From Mobula hypostoma (Eukaryota), in assembly GCF_963921235.1 (NCBI RefSeq), contig NC_086097.1, positions 124,250,001 to 124,314,000 of the forward strand: a stretch of 64,000 bases of DNA. The letters are read 5' to 3'. A program made the position numbers and the translations under genes. The notes under the pieces were generated by a model. It saw only the letters and a list, made by a program, of their open reading frames with translations, was not told the origin of the DNA and ran no database searches. Shown one piece after another: positions 36,273 to 48,359 of this stretch. The number at the start of each line of letters is the position of its first letter. The stretch's first letter is position 1.

Positions 36273-37387
36273 GATGCAATAAAAATAGTAGCTCTAAGAG
36301 AAAAGAAAAACAATATGTCCTTTACAGTAAAATGGAAAGGAGATAGTCAGATGAATACAATAAAATATATAGCATCAAAAAGGAAATTTTGGAATCAATG
36401 TAAAACCTGGAAAAACTTTTTTAAAAATGTTTAGGCTAAGCATTAAAATGAGCACTTTAGCTCCATACCACAGCGCCAGAAAAGAGGCCAAACTTCCTTA
36501 AAAGGAGAAAGTGAGCTTCACTGTAAAACGTGATCAAAATGATCTTTCCAAACAAAAGTACAGTATGTCATAAAATGAAATGATGACTGTCAAAAAATTA
36601 TCTGCATTTTTTAGGCAGGATAAAAATAGCAAAAGCTTGAAACACTTTGTAGGTTAGACCGCATTGGTAAAGATAGGATGTGTATTAAGGTTTCAGATCG
36701 ATGGCCTTGTACAAAAGAGTCATTTAAAGAAAGGTCATTAAACTGATACTCACAATTCTGTTTATTCTGGGGATGTGTTGCTAGTCTGTTTTCTGCAGTG
36801 TTATATTTACATTTTGAATTTCAAACAATGCAATATTTAGCTTCAACTCAGTCTTATTGGATTTATTCTAAATAAATCCAGTGGAATAAATTTATTTTTC
36901 CCAGAGTGCTGAAGGGATTAGGAAGAAATACATGAATCCCTGACAATAATTGTAACGGACACCAAGGACTTATTAGAATACTGGAGGATAACTGTTATAG
37001 TTTAAAAGGTACATTTAATGTCAGAGAAATACATACACTATACGTCCTGAAATTCTTTTTCTTCCCAAGCATCCATGAAAACGGAGGAGTTCCCCAAAGA
37101 ATGAATGATGGTGCCAATGCTCAACACTGCTGACAAATAAACACGGGCTGATCAACCCTCCACCCATTAACCCACTCCATCTCCCCCACCACACATCACC
37201 AAGTGTCACTTTAGGTACATACCATCAGTCTACGTATGTAACAGTTACTTGTACCTAGTGCTGTATATTGTATTGCTTTTTATATTTATTGTGATTTTTA
37301 CTTTTTTAAATTGTGTTCATTACTATTATTGTGAATTTTTATGCTGTATCGGATCCAGAGTACCAAACATCTTGTTCTTTAAACTGA

Positions 37388-37779
37388 CAGTACTGTGCAA
37401 AAGTCTCAGGGACTCTAGTTTTTGTTTTCGGTTTCAGATGATATGGCCTCCACAGAGCCCTGATCTCAACATCATCAAAGCTGTCTGGGATTACCTGGAG
37501 AGACAGAGCAAGTGAAACAGCCAAAGTCTGCTGAGGAACTGTGACAAGTTCTTCAAGATGCCTGGAACAGTCTACCAGCTGATTTATGACCGTGTACCTA
37601 AGAGAACTGATGAGGTTTTAAAGGCAAAGGGTGGTCACACTAAATATTGATTTGATCTAGGTTTTCACTGTTTACTGCTGTTCATAGTATTTTTGGTATT
37701 TAGAAACTTCAAATTATTTTTGAAAGTATCTTTGCTTTACAGAATTTTTACATGTACTTAAGACTTTTGCACTGTACTG
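37388..37779 (+). mobile_element. Tc1/mariner internally deleted transposon
   Basis: TIRs cagtactgtgcaaaagtct / agacttttgcactgtactg-TA; WPPQSPDLNIIKAVWDYL DDE-domain motif. Confidence 0.85.
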
Positions 37780-37869
37780 TAGGTATTGAAGAATGACAGT
37801 AAACTCAAGATCTCAAAGAATGACAGTAAATCTCAAGATCATCATACTTACTTTCTTGCTTTTTATATA

Positions 37870-37926
37870 CACTCAGAGGTCACTATATTAGGTACCTCCT
37901 ATACCTAATCAAGTGACCACTGAGTG
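37870..37926. repeat. Tc1-like TIR-TIR hairpin (57 bp)
   Basis: 25-bp inverted arms with 3 mismatches, flanked by TA on both sides. Confidence 0.7.
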
Positions 37927-38577
37927 TATGTTTGTGCTGTCTGTGGCAATGAATTCTATAGATTCAACACCCTCTGGCTAAAGAAATTCCTCCTCATTTG
38001 TGTTCTAAGGAGATGTCCTTATATTTCAAGTTTATGCCCTCTGGGCCTACACTTCTCAACTATGGAAACATCCTCTCCACTACTACTCTATCGTGGCCCT
38101 TCAATATTCAATAGGTTTCAATGAGATTTCCCTCATTCTTCTAAATAGTCAGATGTTCATAACCTGGGGAAGACGTATAAGGCATATCTATAGCATCACA
38201 CTTCCAAAATATCATGCTTGGAGGATAAATGTAAATTCCTTAAACTACTAGTCAAGTATCTCAACTTGTGAAACAAGAACCCATGAATCAGTGGTCAAGC
38301 AAATAATGAGAAAGCAACCAGCGGTGAACCAATCAAATCCCTCAATTACTCTCAAAATGACCCAGCAGGTTTCAAAAGTATTTATCTGATACAGTCGAAT
38401 AAGAAGTGTTCTTGATTTCCTGGTTTTCAGAGGGAACTCAAAACAGTTGCAAAATATCTAACTTGTAGATATTTGAAATCAGCTACAAAATCGGTCCCCG
38501 CCATAGCCCACTGATTATGCTTTACAGGAAATATACATTACCTCCAAATGTGACTGTACACCATAGTCTGCTCTGTG

Positions 38578-38730
38578 GATCGTCACCTTGTCTGTGGTCT
38601 GAGGTCTGTGAGTTCCTGAGATCCCAAGAGCGATGCTATCTGGAGCTTAGCTCCTCGTAAGGTCACCCACGGTGATAAGCTCAAGGAGAAGTTTTCCAGA
38701 CAAAAAGCAATCCAACCAAGACCTGGCAAA
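38578..38730 (+). mobile_element. RTE-clade 5' UTR-like fragment
   Basis: cgtcaccttgtc..gatcccaagagcgatgct..ggtcacccac..ccagacaaa resembles recalled Expander/BovB 5' UTR cores. Confidence 0.45.
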
Positions 38731-38934
38731 AGACAATAACACATCACAACAGCAGGTGAAGGGCCTCCCAGTTGTCTGGCATTCCATGTGGTAGGCTGTC
38801 TGTGCATCAGCCTCTCAATGTTAAACAAAGCCATGCATAGTTAGTCCCTATGAAGGGAATAACCACTTAGGGGAACCTCATGCTCAACTCGAGTGATCAC
38901 ACTTCTATTACTCCTGCTACCACAGCATAACAAG

Positions 38935-39210
38935 AGCACTTGGAATATTGTATTCCGTTCTGGGGCATAATTTTAATATGATTGGAAGGAAACATAGTGG
39001 GGAGATCAGAGGTACGTATTTTTACACAGAGAATCCTAGGTGCATGGAACATTCGGGTGGTGGTAGAGGCAGGTACATAATGGGTAACTAAGAAACTCTT
39101 AGATGAGCACATAGATGATAGAAAAATCAAGAAATATATAGGAGGGAAGGGTTGGGTTGATCTTAGAGTAGGTTAAGTACTGGCACAACATCATGCACTG
39201 AAGAGTCTAT
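38935..39210 (+). mobile_element. CR1 3' end (tail resumes at 40682-40720)
   Basis: Same tail family as 20570; split by the RTE insertion. Confidence 0.7.
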
Positions 39211-40681
39211 CATCACCAGCAGGTCCCATGCCCATTTTGAGCTTTGACTGCCATGGCCCACACACTCCTGTTTCGGGTCAAGTGGATCAATTCATTGGTA
39301 TTCATTTCCAGTTCTCTAGCTGCTGTCTCCATCATCATTTGTCTTTGTTTTCCTCTTGCTTTCTTCCCTTCAATCTTTCCCATAATTACCATGCATTCTA
39401 ACTCCTCTTTCCTAATCACATGTCCAATGAAGTTACGTTGCCTTTTCATGATCTCATACGTTATTTCACTTTTTGTATTTGCTCTGTTCATGACATCCTC
39501 ATTAGATATTTGTCTTGTCCATGATATTCTTTGCATCCTTCTCTAAAACCACATCTCTGCTACTACAATTCGTTTCCTCATGTTACTAGATATTGTCCAA
39601 CATTCTGAGCCATATACCATAACTGGATTAACGTAATATTTTAGTACTCTGAGGTGGGTTGTCATGCCTGGTTTAGTATTGGTCAGTATACCCTTCATTC
39701 TCCTAAAGGTCTCTTTTGCCATCCCTATTCTTCTTTTGATGTCCATGTCGCACCTGCCGTCTGATGTCACCCAGCTTCCTAAGTAGCAAAAGTTCTGTAC
39801 TTGTTTTATGTCTTCCCCATTTCTTCTCAGCCTGCAGATAGGATATCACCATACATTCTGTCTTTTTGCAATTGATAGGTAGACCCATTTTTGCACTTTC
39901 TTCAACAATTATATCAATTAAGTTTTTTAGTTCTTCCTCCGTATTTGCAATTAACACAGTGTCATCTGCGTATCTGAAACTATTGATGTTTTCACCACCA
40001 ACTTTGATTCCCAAGATGTCTCTTATTTTTTGTAATATTGTTTCACTGTATGCATTAAATAAATCAGGGGAGAAAACACACCCTTGTCTAATGCTTCTCT
40101 TGATTTTTGTAAACTGACTCACTTCTCCATCTATTCTCACAGTGGCAGTTTGTTCCCAGTACAGATTTCTGATTAGGCGGAGGTCTTTGGAATCTAGATC
40201 TAGAGTTTTCTGTAATATTTCAGATAACTTATTGTGCTTCACTTTATCAAATGCTTTTGTGTAGTCGATAAAACAACAAACAAATCTTTTTGCACTTGAA
40301 TAGTTCATTCTGATAGTATCCTTAACATCAATATTGCATTTCTTGTACCTTTGTCTTTCACAAAACCACATTGTTCTTTACCTATTTTAGCTTATATCTT
40401 ACTTTTAGCTCTTGTCATCAAAATTCTTAGAAGTATCTTGGTGCCATGACTCATTAAGTTTATGGTCCTATGTAATTCACATTCTATTGCTCCAGGTTTC
40501 TTAGGAAGAGTGAAAAGGAAAGGCAGCAGGTCCTGATGAATTAGTAATAGAACAAATTATTGCCCTTGAAGATTATGGAATTAAAAAACTTGCTGATTTA
40601 ATCAAAGACATTTATGAGACTGGAATAATACCAGAAGAGATGAAAAAAATCATTATTTATCACTCTTCCTAAGAAACCTGA
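39211..40681 (-). mobile_element. RTE-clade LINE, 5'-truncated with 5' inversion and 10-bp TSD
   Basis: FIDYTKAFDKVKH, RQGCVFSPDLFN, RYADDTVL and YGSECWT motifs; TSD aagagtctat at 39201-39210 and 40682-40691; segment 40511-40680 is inverted. Confidence 0.9.
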
Positions 40682-40735
40682 AAGAGTCTATACTGTGCTG
40701 AAATGTTCCACGTTCTATGTACTGCAGCTACTCAC

Positions 40736-40772
40736 CAAATCTATTTTGACACCATTCTCTAGCCGTGACATT
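40736..40772 (-). other. Candidate 37-nt exon
   Basis: Strong acceptor ctcttcattctcatttgcag|A and donor TTG|gtgagt in unique sequence. Confidence 0.45.
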
Positions 40773-41094
40773 CTGCAAATGAGAATGAAGAGTTGCAGAA
40801 ATGTGGGGAATTCATTATATCACAGCTTGCTCTTTGGAAGCACAGTCCATTCTAAATTGTACATTTATTGTTCTTTTTATCACGCAATAAAATATCTGAA
40901 AGTCCCTTCTCGGTAGAATTGCAATCACTACGAGGACTGTTGTCATTCAAGGAGAAATTCCTCCAACAGTTTCACAAGGCACCTGCACTTGGAGAACACA
41001 ATGTGATCTTGAATATGAAAATTAAAAATTGATTTTCAAGTCTAAGTTTAAAAATTCAGTGCTATACTCTTTAAGCAATCAGAGTCAGAGAATC

Positions 41095-41345
41095 ATAGTG
41101 TACTTAGTGGTTAGTATAACACATTACAGCACTAGTGACTGGGGTTCAATTCCCATTGCTGTCTGCAAGGAGTTTGTATGTTCTCCCCTATGACTGCATT
41201 CGTTTCCCCTGGGTGCTCTGATTTCCTCCCACATTTCGAAGATGTATGGGTTAGTAGGTTAATTGGGTGCATTGGTGTAATAGGGCGACATGGACGTGTT
41301 GGGATAAAACGGTCTTTCCATGCTGTGTCTCTAAATAAAAAGAAA
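41095..41345 (+). mobile_element. V-SINE (HE1-like)
   Basis: Box B ggttcaattcc, V core ggagtttgtatgttctcccc, tail tgctgtgtctctaaataaaa. Confidence 0.8.
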
Positions 41346-41761
41346 ATAAACACAGCACAGAAGCAGGTTCTTCAACCATTCTAGTCTATGCTGAACTGTT
41401 ATTTTGCCTGGTACCAGTGAACCATTAATCTTCATTTCCTACATTCCTGCGATTTTCCTCCTCTTTGTTTAGTATGTACTCTATGAAGACCTCAAAAGCC
41501 CAGCACAAAACTCCCATACTGTATCTTTTGATTTTTTCCTGCTTCCAAGAGAGTTATTCTGGGAAATATTATCAATGGCTCGAGAGCAATTCTATGGAAT
41601 TCCGCATTAGGTTCACTTTGCGTAAATCAGGAGATACTTGAATACCAAAGGAAAAACAGAAAATGCTGGAAATATTCAATAGCTCAGGCGGCATTCAACG
41701 AGAGAGAAAATTAAAATATTTTAAGTCAATCTGGCTCAACAGAACTAGAAAACTCAATGTA

Positions 41762-42047
41762 TAAATCATGGAGACATGATCAGTTGTTGTTCAGGTCAAA
41801 CATCAGAATGGGGAAGAAATGTGATGTAAATGATTTTGACCATGGAATGATCATTCGTGCCAGTGGGGTGGTTTGAGTATCTCAAAAACTGCTGATTTCC
41901 TGGGATTTTCATACACAACAATCTCTAGAGTCCACAGAGAATGGTCCGAAAAACACAAAACATCTAGTGAGCAACAGTTCTGTGGACAAAAATCCCTTGT
42001 TAATGATAGAGGTCAAAGAAGAATGGCCGGACTGGTATAAGCTGAAA
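41762..42047 (+). mobile_element. Tc1-like internal fragment
   Basis: Homologous to 10330-10452 plus 15802-15935 and uninterrupted across that junction. Confidence 0.75.
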
Positions 42048-42084
42048 AGAATATAATTATTCTGTTATAATTATTATAATATAT

Positions 42085-42527
42085 GCATGGAGGGCATTCT
42101 AACTGGTTGCATCACTCTCTGGTATGGAGGGGACAATGCACAGGATCAGAAAAAGCTACAGGGTTGCATGGGCACTAGCCTCCCTACCATCAAGGACATC
42201 TTCAAAAGGCAATTCCTCAAAAAGGTGGCATCCATCGTTAAGAATGCCCACCACCCAGGAGATGCCCTCTTCTCATTGCGACCAACAGGGAGGAGGTACA
42301 GGAGCCAGAAGACACACACACAATGATTTAGGAGCACCTTCTGACTCTCTGGCATCAGATTTCTGGATGTACGTTGAACCCATGAACTCTACCTATTTTT
42401 TGCTCGCTTTTGCACTACTTATTTAATTTTTAAAAATGTTTCCTATTATAATTTATAGTATATTTTATTTATTGGACTGCTGCCAAATTTCCAAACACCA
42501 GTTAGTGAAAATAAACCTGATTCTGAT
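42085..42527 (+). mobile_element. Rex1-type LINE 3' fragment
   Basis: EGILTGCITLWYG..TSLPTIKDIF peptide; tail aataaacctgattctga. Confidence 0.75.
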
Positions 42528-42629
42528 CACAGCTAACTTGCATGAAAGAAGATGCAGGTAGGAGAAGGGAAATGAAAATTATGGTGGAAGGAATAAGGAA
42601 CATTGCTGGAACTGTGAGAATTAAAACAC

Positions 42630-42920
42630 TACAGCTGATGGTAATCTGAAATCAGAAAGAAGACACAAAATAGCAGATCAGGCAGTAAGGAAAAGTCAGC
42701 GTTACAGACAGGTGATCTTTTATCAGAATTGGTCAGGTTCTGATACGAACTGGAAAAGATGGTTATCTGAAAACATTAAATGCCAAAGGTTATAGTGTGG
42801 GTAGTCAGAAAATGAGATGCTGTTTCATGAGACTTCATTGAAACAGCATAAACTCCAAAGACAGAGAGGTTAGAGTGGGAGTAGAATGGAGAATTGCATT
42901 GATAGGTGACTGAAAACTCC
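42630..42920 (-). mobile_element. Old Penelope-like fragment
   Basis: Highly diverged similarity to the PLE 3' ends elsewhere in this window. Confidence 0.4.
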
Positions 42921-43534
42921 AGGGTACTCAAAATTCAAGATTCAAGTTTTATTTACCATGTGTAGATTGAAAACATATTCAGTCATTTGCAGTAACAACC
43001 AACAAACCCAAGGATATGCTGGGGGCAGTTCACAAGTGTCACCACACATTCTGCCTCCAACATAGCATGCCCACAATGCTTGTCAGAACAACGCAGAATA
43101 CAACAAAGCAGAACACAACAAGCAACAGAACAACATCAGCAAAACCCGCCCATGCACAGTCCTCCAACCCCAAGTGTTCTTCGGCCTCCAGCAGAACTCA
43201 GATTCAAACTTGGGCACTCAAGTACTGGGCTTTTGACTACCCCAGTGGATTGTGGAGATTCATGTTCCCAGGGCACCAGCCACCAGACCTTGACGTCCAG
43301 ACTTCTGATTTGACCCTTGGGTCTTGATCCTCAGCACCCACCCCAGGAACCGCCGATCACCGAACATAAGAACTTCAGAATTCCTGAGGACAGAATAGTA
43401 ACGTTCTGCAAAACAAACTCCCAATTTGCCTTTGGCTAATTCAGTTTAGAAGAAACAAAATTTGAGCCCTGAAACAGCACGAGGATGAATTCTTCCTCTC
43501 AGATGGATACTGGACAGTGGGAAGGAGAGAATGG

Positions 43535-43740
43535 GAGCAACTAGTACGCCTGTTGCTTCACAGCTTCAGTGACCGGGGTTCAATCCTGACTCTGGTAACT
43601 TCTACATGGAGTTCGCATGTTCTTCCTATGGCAACATGGCTTTTGTTTGGGTGCATAGGTACCTGGCACATCGGAAAATTGTACACATTTGTATAATTTG
43701 CCTCCGGATGAGTGATAAAATCTGGGGGTTAATTAATGCA
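43535..43740 (+). mobile_element. V-SINE, old
   Basis: gaccggggttcaatcctgac box B and ggagttcgcatgttcttcc V core. Confidence 0.65.
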
Positions 43741-44614
43741 TTGTGGGATGGATTCAGCGTTCATTGAAGGTGAGGGAATGCTCAGCTTTCGAAGGCCAGT
43801 GATATGGATGTGTTTGGATATCGGGCCAACAGTCCCACAAGGATGGTGGGGGGGGTGCTCCTAGTCAGCAAGACTGGAGTTCGAGGCCTAATTTTTGGGA
43901 TCCTCTCATCAGTGATTCCGAAATACCAGGCCTGGTGTTCGGGTCCTCATCCAGGGTTCACATTCATTATCATTGGCGAGTCTTGGGTCGATACTGAAAA
44001 TTGAAGCTTGAAGGTCCATCAAAATTCCAGAAGTTGAGGCCTGATGGCCGAGCCCTAAGTCTGTGAATCTCTGCGAGTCCCGCTGGGGAAATTGAAGGTT
44101 GAATGTTTGCAGATCCACGAGTGCACTGGAGGCTGAGCCTGAGGATGGCCTGTCTTGGGGTTAGAGGACTGTATACGGGCGCAGATGGGTAGGTGGGTGA
44201 TAGGGAGGAACGAGGCTTGTTTTACTGTTGTTGCTTTGTCACTTCTGTTTTATTGTGCTCTGCCTTACTCTGCCAAGCATGGTGGACGTGCTACATGTGT
44301 TGACACTTGCGGGCTGCCCCCAGCACATCCTTGTGTGCATTGTCAGGTAAACTCATTTGGGCTGAAGAGCCTGTTACCAAGCTGGATCCCCAGGGATCTA
44401 TGATTCTAATGAAAGGGATTAGTAAACCTTCACTAGGAGGTCTCAACCGGCACTACCGTCATTTATGTCATGATCTTCTGTCCCTCACAGGCGAACAGAC
44501 AATGCTATTGATCAATCTGTATCTTCTTCCTTGCCCTTTCTTAGTTCTGGTGCAAGGTCAATGACTTGAGCTATTAACACTGTTTCTCCTCCGCTGGTTC
44601 CTCCTGACCTACAA

Positions 44615-44900
44615 AGTAGTCACAGAGTCACAGAGTGAAAGAGAATTATGGCACAGAAACAGGCCCTTCAGCCCATCTAGTCCATGCCAAACTATTGTTC
44701 TGCCTTGTCCTATTGACCTGCACCCGGACCATAGCCCTCCATACTCCTCCCATCCATGTAACCTATCCAAATTTCTCTTAAATGCTGAAATCGAATGCAC
44801 ATCCATCACTTCTGCTGGCAGTTCGTTCCACACTCTCACCACCCTCTGAGTGAAGAAGTTCCCCCTCAGGTTCCTCTTAAACATTTCAGTTTTCACACTT
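44615..44900 (-). mobile_element. CR1 3' end
   Basis: FKRNLRGNFFTQRVVRVWNELP peptide. Confidence 0.8.
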
Positions 44901-45189
44901 ATCCAACTGGAAATGAAGTATTTCTAGCATTTTTTGCTTTGACAAAATTTCTAGCAGATGTACAGTTTTGACTTTCAATATCAGATTATTGCTTGAAGCT
45001 TGTTAAATAAGCAGAATATCATTTTATCTTCCTCTCTCAGGAGTGATGAGGGGTTAGAGTGGGTGCTTCTTAGATTCATATTTGTTCTGTACCAAGAGAA
45101 AAACTCATTTGAAAATGAGTAGGAAAAAATATCTTTATATGAGCACTATGACACTCAGGAGTGTGGTAGAACAGAGGGAATCGGGGAAT

Positions 45190-47075
45190 GCTATGATTAA
45201 CTATGAAAGGAAGCTAGCAAATAATATCAAAGAGGATACTAAAAGCTTTTTTAAGTATATAAAGAGTAAAAGACAGGTGAGAGTAGATATAGGACTGATA
45301 GAAAATGTTGCTGGAGAAATTGTAATGGGAGACAAGGAGATGGCAGAGGAACTGAATGAGTATTTTTGCATCAGTCTTCACTGAGGAAGACATCAGCAAT
45401 ATACCAGACACCCAAGGGTGGCAGGGAAGAGAAGTGTGCGCAGTCACAATTTCGACAGAGAAAGTACTCAGGAAGCTGAATAGTCTAAAGGTAGATAAAT
45501 CTCCTGGACCAGATAGAATGCACCCTCGTGTTCTGAAGGAAGTAGCTGTGGAGATTGCGGAGGCATTAGCGATGATCTTTCAAAAGTCAATAGATTTAGG
45601 CATGGTTCCGGAGGACTGGAAGATTGCAAATGTCACTCTGCTATTTAAGAAGGGGGCAAGGAAGCAAAAAGGAAATTATAGACCTGTTAGCTTGACATCG
45701 GTGGTTGGGAAGTTGTTGGAGTCGATTATCAAGGATGAGGTTACAGAGTACCTGGAGGCATATGACAAGATAGGCAGAACTCAGCATGGATTCCTTAAAA
45801 GAAAATCCTGCCTGACAAAACTAGTACAATTTTTTGAGGAAATTACAAGTAGGCTAGACAAGGGAGATGCAGTGGATGTTGTATATTTGGATTTTCAGAA
45901 GGCCTTTGACAAGGTGCCACACATGAGGCTACTTAACAAGATAGGAGCCCATGGAATTACGGGAAAGTTACATACATGGATAGAGCGTTGGCTGATTGGC
46001 AGGAAACAAAGAGTGGGAATAAAGGGATCCTATTCTGGTTGGCTGCCGGTTACCAGTGGTGTTCCACAGGGGTCCTTGTTGGGGCCACTTCTTTTTACGT
46101 TGTACAACAACGATTTGGATTATGGAATAGACGGTTTTGTGGCTAAGTTTGTTGATGATACGAAGATAGGTGGAGGGGCCGGTAGTCCTGAGGAAACAGA
46201 GAGTCTGCAGAGAAACTTGGATAGATTGGAAGAATGGGCAAAGAAGTGGTAAATGAAATACAATGTTGGAAAGTGTATGATTATGCACTTTGGCAGAAGA
46301 AATAAATGGGCAGACTATTATTTAAATGGGGAGAGAATTCAAAGTTCTGAGATGCAACAGGACTTGGGAGTCCTTGTACAGGATACCCTTAAAGTTAACC
46401 TCCAGTTTGAGTTGGTGGTGAAGAAGGTGAATGCAATGTTGGCGTTCATTTCTAGAGGAATGGAGTATAGGAGCAGGGATGTGATGTTGTGGCTCTATGA
46501 GGCGCTGGTAAGACCTCACTTGGAGTACTGTGGGTAGTTTTGGTCTCCTTATTTAAGAAAGGATGTGCTGATGTTGGAGAGGGTACAGAGAAGATTCACT
46601 AGAATGATTCCGGGAATGAGAGGTTTAACATATGAGGAACATTTGTCCACTCTTGGACTGTATTCCTTGGAGTTTAGAAGAATGAGGGGGGACCTCATAG
46701 AAACATTTTGAATGTTGAAAGGCATGGACAGAGTGGATGTGGCAAAGTTGTTTCCCATGATGGGGGAGTCTAGTATGAGAGGGCATGACTTAAGGATTGA
46801 AGGGCACCCATTCAGAACAGAGATACAAAGAAATTTTTTTAGCCAGAAGGTGGTGAATCTATGGAATTTGTTGCCACGGGCAGCAGTGGAGGCCAAGTCA
46901 TTGGGTGTATTTAAGGCAAAGATTGATAGGTATCTGAGTAGCCAGGGCATCAAAGGTTATGGTGAGAGAGCAGGGGAGTGGGACTAAATGGGAGAATGGA
47001 TCAGCTCATGATAAAATGGCGGAGCAGACTCGATGGGCCGAATGGCCGACTTCTGCTCCTTTGTCTTATGGTCTA
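45190..47075 (+). mobile_element. CR1 LINE ORF2 (RT) with 3' tail, nested in an older CR1 (45150-45190 and 47076-47560)
   Basis: ORFs 45356-46252 and 46253-46537 with all RT motifs and a few stops; tail tcttatggtct. Confidence 0.9.
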
Positions 47076-48359
47076 ATACGGAAGCATAATTCCTTGAAAG
47101 TGATATCATAAGTAGATAAAATCGTAAAGAGAGCATTTGGCATATTAGCCTTCAAAAATCAAAGAACTGAGTGCAGTTTTGGTCACCTCCCTTAGGGAAA
47201 GGTATCAATCAGATAGAAAGAATGTGGAGAAAATTTATAAGGAGGTTGCCAGGACTTGAGGACCTGAGTTATAGGGAAATGTTGAATAGGTTAGGACCTC
47301 ATTTCCTAGAGGGTAGGAGAATGAGAGGAACATGAGGGGGGACCTCTGCATTCAGAGGGCAGTGAGGGTGTGGAACGAGCTGCCAGCAGAAGTGGTGGAT
47401 TAGGGTTCAATTCCAACCTTTCAGAGAAATTTGGAGAGTTAATGGATAGGAGGTGTATGGAGGGCTATGATCTAGGTGCAGATCGATGGCACTAGGCAGA
47501 TTAATAGTTCAGCGGGCAAAGGGCCTTTTTCTGTGCTGTCGTGTTCTGTAATTCTATGATCCCATGGAACAACATGATACCTTCATCATACCCAAGAGTG
47601 CTTCACAACAAATCCAGTACTTTAAAAATGTAATCAAACGAGGCAGCCAAATGCTTTTCCAACTTTCAGTTGAAATGTTTGTTTGGATTATCCATACCAG
47701 CCTCCATTCAGTTGTTCTGTTTCCTTTGCCAAAGCATTATTTCCTAGGCAACAGTAAAAACGTGCTGCTTTCTTTTTCCATGAGATTTCACAAGAGAATG
47801 CTTTAAACAAAAGATGTGAGAGGCTGCCCCCAGAACATCTTGAGCTCAGTTGGTCTCAGCTTTTTTTTTCCCAGATCTACAGGCGTAAACAGAAACCTTT
47901 TTGAACTGATATTCTGTCTCAGAGAAAAGTGGCTGGAATCATTGGTGCCCTTAGCTACAAAAACACAGTTGGCTGTCCTTAAAGTGTTTCTGTTTCTTTT
48001 CTCACAATAAGCACTTCGAGAAAGAACAGACATTTTAATTGGACGTCTCTTGGAGACCTAAAAAAAGAAGTGAACAAATGGTTTCAATGTCCCAAGGTAC
48101 TTATTGGAGCTATCTAACAAAATTAATTCTCTGCCTTTACCATGCTCTCTTTCTCGGAAGTTCCTTAAAACCATCTTCTTTTACCAAGCTGCCCTAACAT
48201 CTCCTTCCCTCACAGTATCTCATTTTGTCTGATAATGCTCACGCAAGGTAGTAAGGAAAGCAAATAGAATGCTTGCACTCGTTTTGATAGGACTAAAATA
48301 CAAAAGCAAGGATGTAATGGTGAGGCTTTGTAAGGCATTGGTCAGTCAGACCACACTTA

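Noticed and set aside
37788..37842. 27-bp tandem duplication (similar ones at 9186-9222, 35932-35962 and 56392-56440)
   Set aside because: Ordinary local slippage duplications with no further structure.
41095..41165. tRNA gene
   Set aside because: Degenerate tRNA-derived SINE head fused to a V core; no complete cloverleaf. The same applies at 6095, 25502 and 43535.
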